In this document: piece by piece, positions 1 through 13,421 of the stretch
Layout: the number at the start of each line of letters is the position of its first letter
Numbering within the stretch: the first letter of the stretch is position 1
The notes under the pieces: model-generated
The model's input: the letters and a program-made list of their open reading frames with translations, nothing else
The model's database searches: none
What the model was told of the DNA's origin: nothing
Made by a program: the position numbers and the translations under genes
NCBI GenBank assembly: GCA_000182565.2
Contig: KQ257451.1
Strand: one strand, 5' to 3'
From: Spizellomyces punctatus DAOM BR117
Lineage: Eukaryota
DNA: 40,937 nt

Positions 1-2846
1 AGGAGGAAACCGAGTATATATCGCCGCCAGTAGCCACACGTGTGTCTGGACCAAAGCCAGGCAAAAAGAAAAAGAAGAAAGGCAAGGGGAAGAATCCTAG
101 CGGAGCTGATAGCAAACCAAAAGATGAAGAGGACGACGGCTTGGATGAAATTGATAGAACCTTGAAAGAGCTTGACGAAAAGTGAGGAAGACTTACCCTA
201 TGTTTACAAATTTGCTGCGAATGCGGAACTAAAGCCATCCTTGTTACAGATTTGGACAGATATCAGGACCTTCTTCCGTCCCAACGGCCTCTAAATCCCC
301 TCACAGTACAAAAACATTACTTTCGGTTGATCCCAAAGCTCTTGACGCTGATGCAGAAATGAGACGAATGTTTGGTTCACGGGTGGTCAGTCTCGATAAT
401 GATTCAACAAGGACGTCGGTAACCAAAGTGAAAATGTTGACATCTACTATTTAGGTGAACGATGAGATTCGTCGAAAGAACTACATACGAAGTGGAAAAC
501 GGACAGCCCTCGCTGTAGCGCGCGAGAATTGGCCAAAGTGGGCGAAGCTCGGATTGGCAATGGATCTACTGGAAACGAAGGATGGTGAGTTAACCGCGCC
601 TGGAAAACCGTAGATTTGACCGCTAGAGAGCTTACTGCCTGATGCAGGGCTGTCGTATTTTGCTTTCAACCACTCCCGGGCGTACCAAGAAGTACAAATG
701 GGTTTCTTCCAAGCCATCAGCACTCACGATCCCCATACAATGCAGACACTCCTTCATGTATATCCATATCACATTGACTCTCTCCTTCAACTCAGCGAAG
801 TTTGCAAACACAGCGGTGATATTGCTATGGCAGCTGAACTCGTAGAAAGAGCGTTATTTGCGTTCGAACGAGCCTTCCATTCACAATTTAACATTGCGAC
901 GGGCACCTGTCGAGTGTCATATATGCGTTTCGAAAATCGCAGCTTCCACCTGGCAATTTTCCGCCAAATTGGGTACATTGCTAGGCGAGGATGTTGGCGC
1001 ACAGCATTTGAGTTTGCAAAGCTTCTCCTCAGGTACGTTGCCTTATTGTCTCCTTTTTTTCATTAGTGGTTTTCCAACACTTCTGTTCACAGCCTTGATC
1101 CCGATGACGACCCGCTTGGTACCCTTTTGAGCATAGATTTTCTATGCTATCAGCGCAAAGANNNNNNNNNNNNNNNNNNNNNNNNNNNNNNNNNNNNNNN
1201 NNNNNNNNNNNNNNNNNNNNNNNNNNNNNNNNNNNNNNNNNNNNNNNNNNNNNNNNNNNNNNNNNNNNNNNNNNNNNNNNNNNNNNNNNNNNNNNNNNNN
1301 NNNNNNNNNNNNNNNNNNNNNNNNNNNNNNNNNNNNNNNNNNNNNNNNNNNNNNNNNNNNNNNNNNNNNNNNNNNNNNNNNNNNNNNNNNNNNNNNNNNN
1401 NNNNNNNNNNNNNNNNNNNNNNNNNNNNNNNNNNNNNNNNNNNNNNNNNNNNNNNNNNNNNNNNNNNNNNNNNNNNNNNNNNNNNNNNNNNNNNNNNNNN
1501 NNNNNNNNNNNNNNNNNNNNNNNNNNNNNNNNNNNNNNNNNNNNNNNNNNNNNNNNNNNNNNNNNNNNNNNNNNNNNNNNNNNNNNNNNNNNNNNNNNNN
1601 NNNNNNNNNNNNNNNNNNNNNNNNNNNNNNNNNNNNNNNNNNNNNNNNNNNNNNNNNNNNNNNNNNNNNNNNNNNNNNNNNNNNCTTGGCGACATGGGAA
1701 TTGGAGAACCAAGAAGGGAAGGTACTTTACTCTTTCCTATTCGAACACAGCTATTGATAAGACAGCTTACAATCTACCCAAAGGACCATAGTGCTAGTTC
1801 ATGTATGCTGCAAAAAGCTATCGCTTGGTTCCCCTCTGTTGTCGCTGGTCTATACGAAAAGACGGCCACAAGCGACTCAAGAGTGTCTGGCGATGCTTAC
1901 TTCCTGTCGAACGATACTCCTGATTCACTGCAATTGTTAATAGACCTTTACGTAGAGAGAAATCATTCCTTATGGAAAGTCCCGGAAGTGCTGGCGTGGC
2001 TGCGACAGAATGTCGCAGCAACTATAGATAAGCTTAACCGGAACGATCAGGAGATTGAAGAGGGACGACGTGTTCGGGCAGAGCAATACCATGATGGCGT
2101 TCCTCGCAATCTTTCTAGACATATTTTCATCTCCGGTAAGACTCGCCTGCCGTCCATGAGGGTTTTGCATTATTTTGACATGCTCTTCCGTAGATTTCCC
2201 TTCCATTAGCGCTGCATTGCCACCGGAAGCTGTTGCATCCGGTGTCCAAGCTTATGACCCTCTTCCACCAGAAAATGCTCCGTCGTCTCCTTATTCGGAT
2301 TACGAAAACAGCTCACGGTCAGAGAACAACCCATTTTCGGACATGGGATTTCTCACTGGTCTGCTGCGAAATTTGTTACCATGGATGAACGTGAACAGGG
2401 ACCAGAACGGTGCCGGCGGCGAAGGGCAACCAGAGGACATTCGAAATTTGGCTAATATGGCTGAGGCTGTGTTAAACCCGCCAAATGAACTTATCGACGC
2501 TGATGGGGATGAGAATGTCGCTGCCACCATTCGTGCCGCACAGGAAGCCTTACCAGGACTGTTTCCGCCTGCGACAGAGGAGAATCCAAATCCGGATTGG
2601 ATGGCAGGACTGAGGTCTGTTCGGATTTTGCGCGTTAACGCTTGCTGGCTGACTGCTCACTGTACATTCCCACCTTGCAGGGATACAATCGCTCAATTGC
2701 GTTTGTTTGGAGGTTGGGCTGGTTTCGGAGCTGGGGCTGCAGATGAAGGAAACGCAGTCGAGGACGGAGGAAATGGTGAAGGGGTAGACGAAGACCAAGA
2801 AAACGATGGTGGTTCTGAAAGTGCTCCAGATACACGAGAGGAATAA
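1..2846 (+). CDS. RQC1: TCF25/Rqc1 ribosome quality control protein, 5' partial, multi-exon, interrupted by an assembly gap
   Basis: GT-AG introns at 182-249, 386-454 and ~585-647. Spliced translation gives LLSVDPKALDADAEMRRMFGSRV, YPYHIDSLLQLSEVC, AELVERALFAFERAFH and RRGCWRTAFEFAKLLL, plus C-terminal YDPLPP, all typical of TCF25. Stop at 2844-2846. Confidence 0.88.
1162..1684. other. Assembly gap (N run)
   Basis: Run of N bases. Confidence 1.
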
Positions 2847-3014
2847 GGGATCTTGATTCCACTACTGTTGCCCAATTTGCCTGCTGACTGCAATATCGCA
2901 AGGAGAACAATCCTCTTTGCGCACAATTGCCATTATTTATATGGTTTCTAATAACTACACGAGGTCAAAACACATAAAGTACTTTATACAAAGACATTCA
3001 AGCAGCAGTTCGGG

Positions 3015-4740
3015 CTAGTCAGTGCCAAATGAGGGGGATTGTCGGGCAGGGGGAGGTTTGGAATTTGCCTGATGCCCTGTCCCGGCTCGAGGGGGACTTG
3101 CCGAAAGCTCCATGGCGTTCTTTTCTTCCACCAACATGTGTCGTTTGAGGGCATCCGTCCGGGCAAAGACCTAGCAGATAATTAAAAATATCGCTTAGGT
3201 AAGCCGATCGCGTGGGTCGTTAAGTAAACCAGAACTTGTCTCCCATTGTATCTTTTGGGATACACATACCTGGTGACAAATAGGACAGCTGAAGGGCTTT
3301 GTATCGGAATGTAGACTTCTGGTATGTCGGATGAGATCATGTTTTCGTCGGAAGGTGAGATCGCAGTGGTCGCAAGGAAACGGGCGAGCGCCGGTGTGAG
3401 TAAGCATGTGTGACTGAACAATCCGAAAAAAAGGGAGAGAGTAAAGTTGGCATGTCTGGTAAAATCGGAACAGATTGGTAGAATGAATAAAAGTTACCTT
3501 TAAGTTAAACATTCTTGAAAAGATTTTTCCGCAACCTTCTTCACGGCAAGGGTACGTCTTCTTGACCTTTTCCGCTACAGAAAAGCTAGCAGCCAGTGCA
3601 TCGCCTGTCTGGAGGACACCCGTCACAGGATCGAGAAGGCCGCTAGACATGACCTGCGACATGGGTTTGCTGCGTGGGCGGCCGGAAGCCGAGAATTGTA
3701 GAGTGCCTTGCCAGGGCCTTCTTCGCCCGGATGTGCTTCCTTTGGGTTTCAAATTTTGGGTATTGTCGGAAGAAGAGCTGCCAGTGGATGGCAATTTTTC
3801 AATGACCTCAGGCTCCTGCACGTGGATAATTGGAGAGGACGCTTGGGCTTGGGGAGTGTGAAGGTATTGCACATGCGAGGAAGAGGGGGCGTAATGGATG
3901 CCATATGGTAGGTGTACTTCAGTAGACGACCCGGCGTCCATGGTGTCGATGTGATATGTATGCGAAGAGGTTCCTGGTTTGGAGGAGCTCAGTGATGGTA
4001 GTATTGAATCGTATGAGGTATCATAAGAGGACAGCACGGATTGCTCGCTGATTTGAAGTGGCTCAAGGGCTGAAGGATGTTCATGAGAATCAAAGTAGGT
4101 TTCGGGTTGCGGGACATGTTTGGATTCTGAGTGATAGGTGTACAAGCGCTCGTTTGTTAGAGGTGGCGGTACTGAATAGTATGGCGGCGTAACCTCGAGG
4201 CCACCAGCCGTGGGGTAACTGTACTGAGGATATTGCATCTCACGGTGATCCCAGGAATTGCGATTGGAATTTTGATGTGTCGACTTGGTCTCAAGATGGG
4301 ATAGTGGTCGTATCAGATTTACGGCTTGCGATGACCGAATGGGCAAGCAAGTTGGTAAAGTGCTGTCGACATTGTTACTCCTTCCCAGAGCAAACGGGAC
4401 ATGAGAGGTTGGCTCAGCAGGATATCGAAATGTTACGATTGATGGTTCGCTGCGCACCAAGTGGACCGTAGCCTCCNNNNNNNNNNNNNNNNNNNNNNNN
4501 NNNNNNNNNNNNNNNNNNNNNNNNNNNNNNNNNNNNNNNNNNNNNNNNNNNNNNNNNNNNNNNNNNNNNNNNNNNNATTTCATAGGATACAACGTCGAAT
4601 GCTTCTCTAAGATTTTGGGTACAGGTGCTGACCAGCGGATCTGGTGCTGCATGCTCATCTGAGGACGCTTCTGAAAACTGGTATGGGCGGGCGTGATCGC
4701 TCATGCTGATGGCCAATGGAGAGTACACAACTGCTGCCAT
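3015..4740 (-). CDS. C2H2 zinc-finger transcription factor, Crz1-like finger array; start uncertain because of the gap
   Basis: After two introns are removed: YPCREEGCGKIFSRMFNLK/SHMLTHTGARPFPCDHCDLTFRRKHDLIRHTRSLHSDTKPFSCPICHQ/VFARTDALKRHM. TAG at 3015-3017. Ser/Pro-rich N-terminal region. Confidence 0.85.
4477..4576. other. Assembly gap (100 N)
   Basis: Run of N bases. Confidence 1.
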
Positions 4741-7700
4741 CGGAGAGAACTAAGAGCAAGGCGCTCCGTCAATAGCGGAGCAGTTCGGTAACTGGCATCC
4801 TCGCGCTGCCATGCCCCTCAAAGCGAGCTCGAGCGATGGCGACGGATAGATTTATTTTCTGGCCCACACCAGCAGACATGAGCGTCATAAAATTGACTAT
4901 GTCCGGCCTCGGACATGGCTCCATCTCCATGATAACCTCAAAGGGTCTTAGCCACGGGTATGTATCCCATGAAAACGAGCGCCCATAAAAAATGATATAG
5001 AAAAAACCTTGTAAATGATGGTAAAATTGATTGAAAACGGTATATCTGCGCTTTTAAAAGTTCGATTTTCACATCGCGGAGCAAAATTCCTGGTCTCCGG
5101 ATTTCCCCTGATGAAAAAGCAAATAATTACCATGTCGGCGACAACTCAGCCAAGCGGCCCACTTTTGAAAAAAAAAAAAAAAAACGACCGCGCTATTGGC
5201 AAAAGAAAAATGACATGTTATTTTCTGCACGAGGGTGTATTTCAACAATTTTGCCTCCGATTAATATGTGGCTATGTTGCTCTTTGGGTTAGAGCAAACA
5301 GAGTTAAGAGCAGCTACAAGCCCCAGATCCAGGTTCAATTAAAACATTCCTTTTTGCCGCCGTCCCATTTTTCTAGAAGACGATGAGACAATGTGTGCAT
5401 TGTCTAGATGTGTCGCCCTTAGAAAGAGTTTTGGGTGCGGGGCTCTGGTGTGACAGCGGTCTCGCCCAACAACCTGCGGCGAACTTTTCGTCCCGCCTGC
5501 CCGACAAAAGTCACGCTGTCACATGGGCCAGACCTACTTTAATTGTTTTTGTTTTGTTTTTTGGCATTTTTTTTGCCATCCTTTGATGGAGAGAACCTTG
5601 CAGATATATAACTCTTATTAACGACGTCCTGTTCTGGGTTATCGAACCACCGTCGTTGAATCCCAGATCGTTGCGTTCTTTGCTGACCGACCAGATGTAC
5701 CGTGTGATCTTCATCGCGGTTAAGATCCTCCCTAATCCTTCAGCATTAGGGCAGTTAACGTTAACCGATACAATACGGGACAATGTAGTGGATCGTTTCG
5801 AAATCCCTTGTAGTTTTGAAAGTGTAAAAGGACGACCTAGGGACGGCTTCCAGGATCCATCCATGCTCGTGATCTAAACCAGCAAGACCACAACAATTTG
5901 GTTCTGCGCCCACGTGAGCAATTTATCGTCCGCTCCAAGGTATTACCGATTTGTGAACTCGTATTCTGCATGTTCGGCAACAAGGATACCATGAGGCACA
6001 GCTCATCGTGTCGACATACAAGTCTTCATTTGATTAGGGTGCGCGACTACCCAAAGTGAACATTAAAGGCATAATTGCAGCTCCTTAATTACCTTCAGCC
6101 CCCTAGCAGACAATGCTACACAACAACACAGAATCAAAGAGTCTATGAAACTCGGTCAAAGAACGTTCTGCAAAATCGATGCGGTCTACAGTATTTTTGT
6201 CGTGGCCTGTACCAAGGCGCGTAAATGATGCTGTCGGAGGCCTCGGAGGATCCCGCCGTTCGAAAATCTTTTCTGGGGGAAGTTTCGTTTAGAAAAGTGC
6301 CAAGGAACGCTGACATGTGACACGCCGACACACGTGGCTTGTTCAGGGGGTTGAGCCTATCGAGCTAAAAAGATGAGCGAAACAGATAAGAGATCGTCGA
6401 CAATCCACAAGCTGCGTTGACTGGCGTCCAACGGAAATTCCCGACTGGAGGTTCACAGATTTCTGAACAGAACTGCACTTTGCGTCGTATGGACCATAAC
6501 TGCTGTCTTTAAATGTAACGGTGCTAGCACGTATCACTGCTACGACAGACTCCGCTCCTCGTTACAGTGATGGACTGCTGCACTTTCTGTGCTGATCGGG
6601 TCAGAGTGAGAAGCAAGCACAATTAGGGATTCTAATACTTCCATTTGAAATGCGTTGGGATGAAAAGGAAGCGCATCAAGGATGTAACAGGACAGAAACA
6701 TTCATCGACCATCACAATTGAGAGGGAAGAATGCATTTTTTATATTACAGGAAAACGCAAATTGCGAATATGCAAGTTAACGAGGATATCAGTGGAAAAT
6801 GCTTCAACGTTGTATAAGCTCAGCAGTGGTTGGATTTACATGATTCCATCCATTTCAACAGAGAAGTAATTCGAACCACTCGAGTTGCACAGAACTTCAT
6901 ATGTGATTGCCTCAATAGTGTAGAGGTGACAGAAACTGGCACTAGCTACTACACCAGGGAATAAACCGGCGACAACCGGTTCGGAAAAGCTAACTAAGCT
7001 ACTAATAGGCAATTATACACGCAATACGTAACGGTTGGTTCTAACCGGATAACTGCCCACCACCACACGCAGTCCCTACTAGGCCTTGATCTGGAACTCT
7101 TGATGGCATTGAAGCCAGACTCTTGCATCCAGGAGCGAATCAACTGGGCAGCGTCACAAGCCAGAGGATGTTCAGTGACAAGGCTTGGAGACTAAAAAAA
7201 ACTGCATGTCAGAAGATGACCCGATGACAAGAAATAAAATGATGCAATCAGTACATACCAACCAAGCTCAACTAATGTGGCAGTATAATAGCAGCTTTGT
7301 TGGTTCCGAGTGATTGTTGCTGGTTCCAGTTGGTTGTAGTCATCGGGAGGGCGAGGTCCTCGGCACCACCACATCTGCATTCTCATGATGGACTCGCGAT
7401 GAGAAGAGTTGCACAGATGCTTGTGAGTCGAGGATGGGTAAAGAGGAAAGAGGGAAGAGGGAGCAGGTCCCCTTTTATAGACCTTTGGCATGCACCTCAC
7501 CGCAGTTTAAAAAAAAACATTACATGCATGCCGCACCGCTTTGAGCGATAGACGGGGGTGCTGATTATGCGATATGATTAACCGGATTATCCGGATAATA
7601 ATGGGTCTTGGTGCTATTTTCAATCACCTCCACACTATGCTGGAGGACTAGACAAAGTCAAACGCTATCCCCACAACGCATTTCAATCCCGATATTAAGG

Positions 7701-9006
7701 GTAACTAATAAGAACCAATGAAATCAGTAATGGTTTATGAACAATATGACTATCCAAAAAATAAGTGCAGCTAGCGTTCAGAATGGTACCGCCAATAGTA
7801 CGTGCTTCAGGGTCCCTTCCTAGTAAGAACGCCAGGTTGATTCAACCCTAGGCTGGCATTTCGACGACAGGCTGAAAACGGTCCTCTCTTGGTCTCCTCT
7901 TGTTCACCCTCAGCCTTCCATTGGGGTTGCATGGTAACAATTGTCTGACACGACACTTCAAATTACTTGCCGATGAGTTGCTTTTTTGATGACCACATGC
8001 ACCTTAACAAGATACGAGGTGGGGATTACAGAGAGTCACAGACAATACGATCACAGTACCGTACACGTCGTCACTGCCAAAGTAGGAAAGTCTACACCAA
8101 CATGGTCGTTATCAACCGTGCAAAGGATTTATCCTTGCCCACAGCACCTTACCACCCAACGCCAAAGGTGATTGCCCGTAAACGTATATAGCGTCAAAGG
8201 TCACTGCAATTGCAAAGTACGAATTGCTTGGCATGCTCACGGTAACTATTTGTGCTCATTCTGTGATGATCGCAGTTGTATTAGCGAGTGAGTTTTTTGT
8301 CGCCCCTGAACCATTTACACTTGCAATCGGCGAGGGATAGCGTGATCGTGAGACGTTTTAAAGGGATTGCGCAAACGCGCGGACCCCTCATGGTGAAGCT
8401 CCGTGTTCCTCCTGGGTGTGATCGGCTGTCTCCGTGCGAGGTCGGCGGAACTTGGTCCTCGGTCCTTTGTCAGCCAACGACTCGGACAAACCCCGCCGGT
8501 GGTGTTCCACATGCGACGGTCTGTGCACAAAATCGTTATCAAATCGACGCGATGTGATCATCCATCCATCTGCTCATCGTGATTGCGTCGCGTAAGCTCT
8601 TGGTTGAAGAAACTGGCGCGGAACACTTCCACGTACCTCCTGCTATGTGCCTTCTGGCAAATATTCTGATAAGACCAGAGTCGTTTTTGCTCTGCTACGG
8701 GAACAACACTACTCAAGTTAGTCAGGATAGAAAACCATGAATGCTCGTCAGTGATCAGAGAAGTTAATAGATAGCACATTGCCCCATTGCGATGGGTTCC
8801 CCACGTCATTAACACCGATCACACACCAAATCTGGAAAAGATGTAGCACTCTGGGATTTTCGCAATGATCATGTTTGGCCATACATAAAAGGTCGATTTG
8901 GGCAAGTGCGTTCCCCACAGGATTTCCTTGAGGAACTTGCTTTAGAAAACAAGTTCACAGTAGAAAGGTTCCTTATACAGCCTCATAAGACTCAGCACGG
9001 TCCATT

Positions 9007-10542
9007 ATGCGCATCTTGCACGGACTTAGTCTCTTTGGTGCTCTGATTGGCGCGGTACTTGCCTTACCTGCCACCGGTCCTCTCACTAGCGGCGCTATTA
9101 GCGCATTGCTGGACGGACCTCGTTACGACAACCATAAGCTCGTCCGCTTGGGGGTCCCAAACAATGTGTTGGCTAATGTGCACCGCTTCCTCGACGAAGA
9201 ACTTGGCCTTGACATTTGGGATACTCAGAGCGACCACATCGATGTCCGTATTCCTCCAGGGGCCGACGACATTCTTACCTCCAAGCCCTTGAGTGATGTC
9301 GCCGGCAGTGCGCTTACAGTGACTGTCCTGGACAACAATCTTCAGAAGATTGTTGACGAGGAGACGCAACGATTGAACAGCCCCAGTGTGCAAGCTGCGG
9401 TAATTAATAGTGACTAGTCACTCTACTCCCCGATATTAGATCCTTATTTGTTGTTGAACTCTACAGAACTGGTTTGCTGACTACCACCGATATGCGGACA
9501 TCAAGACTTGGTATCAAACACTTGCCCAGCAGAACCCAAGTCTTGTCACGTTCGTTCCTTCCATCGGAAAAACCGTTGAGGGCCGCGACATCTTTGCTGT
9601 AAGGATCACCAGCAAGACTGGCGGCTCCAAACAGCAGATTTGGTTCCAAGGTTTGCAGCACGCCCGAGAGTGGATTGGTGGATCGACTGTCCAGTACGTG
9701 TCTGACCGGCTTGTGGCCGAGTACGCCCAGGACAAGACTTTACTGGATCGGGCGGAATTCATTATCATCCCAGTCGTAAACCCAGATGGATATGAATACA
9801 CTGTGAGTACCTGCGCGAAAATACATGCAGAATGGGAATGATCTAACGATCCAAGGTATTATCTAGTGGACAGGTGGACGCTTGTGGCGTAAGAACCGTA
9901 GCAAGAACTCGGATGGGTCTTTTGGTGTAGATCTGGTGAGGCTAGCATTAAAAGGGTGGAAATTCTGATTTTCTGTATATTCATTCTTCAATTCTCTTCA
10001 AGAACCGTAACTGGCCCGACCACTGGGGCCAGGGAGGATCCTCAGCTTCTCCGTCTTCGATCACCTACCGTGGTCCGTCTGCTGGATCGGAGCTGGAAGT
10101 GAAAGCACTTTCGAAATACTTTCTCGCACCTGAAAACAAGAATCTTGTTGGCGCAATTGACTTCCACAGTTTTAGCCAGCTGGTTCTTCGCCCATACGGA
10201 TTTACGAGTTCCCGTGCCCCCGATGAGGCGCTTCTCAAGAAAGCTGGTGATGGTGTCCGTGACCGTATCCGCGCTATCCACGGCAAGCAATATACCTCCC
10301 AGACTGCTTATGACTTGTATCAGACGACCGGTAGTGCCACTGACTGGTGGTATGGCGAGACCGTCACCAAGGCCCTTGGAAATCGCCGGATCTATTCGTA
10401 CACAATTGAACTGAGGCCGACTGGATCCAGCGACCAAGGTTTCATTCTTCCCCCTAGCGAGATTATTCCCACCGGTGAAGAGATTTGGGGGTCGATCACC
10501 TGGTGGACCAAGTTTGTCCTAGACAACCCGATCAAGATTTAA
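9007..10542 (+). CDS. Secreted zinc carboxypeptidase, M14A (carboxypeptidase A/B-like) with propeptide
   Basis: Signal peptide. Exons 9007-9399, 9467-9802, 9867-9935, 10003-10542. Motifs GLQHAREWI (HxxE), PVVNPDGYEYT, LWRKNR, GVDLNRNW, IDFHSFSQ, YTIELR. Confidence 0.95.
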
Positions 10543-10873
10543 ATAGTTACCACCCAGAGCAGTGTACTTGCTGAGCGACATTTTTTGCTTATTCCAGTCT
10601 TGACAATGTATACCTCATAGCATAATGTAGCTAGAGCAGTAAAATATCCATATCTGCTCATTGTTGAGACAGTTTTGCAAACTGTTCAATGCTTCGATGC
10701 CCGATCCATGAACAGGCGAATATCAGAAGTGATTGAAAAACTAAATTATATCATGAAAACGAGATATCGCAAAAAAAGCTCCAACAACATTACACAAACT
10801 AGTCTTAGAAATATGATAAACCAACAAATCAGAACGGGAACGAAAGCCGGGTATACATCGGTGAAAAATATTG

Positions 10874-12579
10874 CTAGAGAAGTTCTATAGCCTCCGGTTG
10901 TCTTTCGTGAGCTGCATTAATGGAATCCATCATCGCCTTAACTACCCCCGTACCAGAATCAGATGGAGCTTCCGATCCGTAATGATCCAACTTCTGGACG
11001 GTGTTGGCTCTTGATATAACCGCACCTTCGCGCTTCTGCATCTGGTTGCGTTTCTGCTTGATAAATTTGGCTTTGTCTGCGTCCTTTAAGAGGAAGATGC
11101 GCACAAAATGGAAAGCTAGTTTATTGGAAGGTTGGGAACGTAGCTTGAGTTCGGTGCTGTCTTTTAAAGGCAATTCGTCCACTGGAGAACTTGCAGCGCT
11201 TGCGGCGGGTCGGTTGAGACGTTGCGAGGACCACATAGACCCTTTATCTAGGCGCGGTGTTGAAGCCTCGCTCGAGAGAGCGACGGATGGAACTTCGGTA
11301 AGTGGGCTACGGGATTGCACAGAGTGCACTGATGTTGAGCGGAAAGTATCGACTGTGTGCAACCGGAGGTAATAATGATAGACAAGGTAAGCCCGTAGTT
11401 TATCCCCAGCGTGCCTGACGGATGGATCAAAGCCGAAGAATACAATAGTGTTCAAGGCACCCTGTCATGTATTGGCAATTAACATACGTATTAATTCGAG
11501 ACAGCATCAAATGAAACCCACATGAAAACCAGACATGAAATTAGCCATCCACCAAAGCCCTAGCGGTGTTGAGTCGTAAATGTAGTATTGGATATCCGCA
11601 GCCAAAGAGAAAATCTGGGCTATAAGAGGTACTGCGCAGTACCATTTGATACGATTTACGGCCATGCGCAAAAGGCGCTCTGTCTCACGGAACGTTCCAC
11701 TCTCGCGTTGGTCAATCTCGGACTGTGGAATCGCATCGTTTGGTGGTTTGCGGGTGGTTATCCAGAATAGGATGGTGCAAAGAGCACAAAATCCAACAGC
11801 GAGGATAACCCATGAGTAGTATGTGGCACTGAAAAGCAGCATGTGCAGTTAGCGACTGGCAGCACTTTCAGATGCCGGTAGGGGTAACTAACCATTGCCA
11901 GTAGAAGGTAATTCGAACGTCTTCCTCGCTTTGATCGTTAGCGTACCAACACTCAGTCCCGTCCCACCCCAAGCGACCCGTAAGAAGGGCAGGCAGCGGT
12001 ATGATAATGGCGAGTACAGCTCCAGCACCGTAATACAAGCGTTCCAGATACTTGACAGATCGGATGTGAAGGATAAATATCAGAAAAACATTCAAACCAA
12101 TTGCGGCTGTAATGAAAAGGGACAGAAGGAGAAAGACGATTTGCAGGTACATGGAACTAGTGCACAGGGCGGATGGACCAGTAGGTAAGGCAGACAGCAG
12201 AACGCTGATGGCGTATAGAATGTCACAAATTGTCCCCGCCATCGCTAAACGAAGGGACACACGATTTGCCTGCGCCTCTGGTTATTAAATGATGCTTTGG
12301 GCTGGCTGAAAGTCATCATATTATTCTCTGCTTACCAGCTTTGGTTGGTACCTTCGAATGAGTACGAACGTTACAATGGCCAGCGTACACAAGCTTATCG
12401 AAAGGGCCGTCTGCATATAAAATTAAGTGTCACCAAGTTTAATGGGTCGTCCTGCCTACTGTGGTGACGCTACTTACCCCATACTTTGAGGCATCTGCTA
12501 ACAGTGCGTCCGTATCGCTGAAATCTGACATGTCTCCTGTTTCGTCCTCTGGTTGGGGCTCAGTTGATGGTTCGCTCAT
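10874..12579 (-). CDS. Seven-transmembrane GPCR, cAMP-receptor/Git3-like, multi-exon
   Basis: About 7 hydrophobic segments across the exons, NRVSLRL after TM1, CTSSMYL and TECWY extracellular cysteines, AVNRIKWYCAVPLIAQ in TM6, FFGFDPSV at TM7, hydrophilic tail. GT-AG introns visible on the minus strand. Confidence 0.8.
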
Positions 12580-13421
12580 GATGGAAACACAGTGTGATAT
12601 TAAGGTTCAGTCTTCCGGGTCTTCGTTTTTAGCATATTTTTCATATTTGGCCGAAATGTAAGTTCGCTTGGTAAAATATCATTGGAGACATCATGGAGGA
12701 GGTAAACAGGACCCTGAAGGATACAGTGGTACGTTGTCTATGGCACCCATTCATCAAAACATTCTGTATTGATTGCATCAATTCCATACAACATAACCGG
12801 GGTCCGTTCCATTCAGGTCAACAAAATCTGACGAAAGAAAAACGCCCATTTATTTGTTTTGCATCCCACAGGTCGGAGTTAACTGTTCGTCATGGAACAG
12901 CCACCCACATATTGACGGCAATATAGAGTAAGATCCACTCTGAGCCGTAGGTACGCAGTCCTTTTTGCCAAGTCGCACCTCAAGAACATTGGCATTCGCG
13001 GACAGCCAGCCAGGATAACCAATGGAACTCGTTCTCCAACGCGGATCATGAAGTAATTGATGCACCGAAAGGGTTCATTTTTATCCATGTCGCTCCCACC
13101 TCCCTTCTTGCCACTGTTGTCTCCTCGTGTTTTTTTTTTGCATTCTTTATTTAGCTTTTTTCTATGCTTTATTTTTATCTCCGTGCAAATCTCCTTAAAA
13201 ATAGGGTCAGGAACCAGTTGGGGTTGGGGTCGCAGTTAAATTGAACACTTCTGCGCCATAATGCGCCACAGACAAATGAGACGCGGTTCACTTCCAGCGC
13301 GTCCTACAACATCACTGTGCTCATGGCTTCCAAGATCGCATTGTCGCTACCTTCAACCGTGCACGATCAGCGTGCTGACGTTGAGTGAAAGTGCTCAATA
13401 ACCTATCTGAAATCTTGCGAA

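Noticed and set aside
1029-1791. ORFs spanning the N gap
   Set aside because: Artefacts of translating N runs.
7926-7938. RFX X-box-like GTTGCATGGTAAC
   Set aside because: A single short match, ~1 kb from a non-ciliary gene, so it is not distinguishable from chance.
4950-8950. Short ORFs in the 4 kb intergenic region
   Set aside because: No homology cues or splice-consistent structure. It is probably regulatory DNA between divergent genes.
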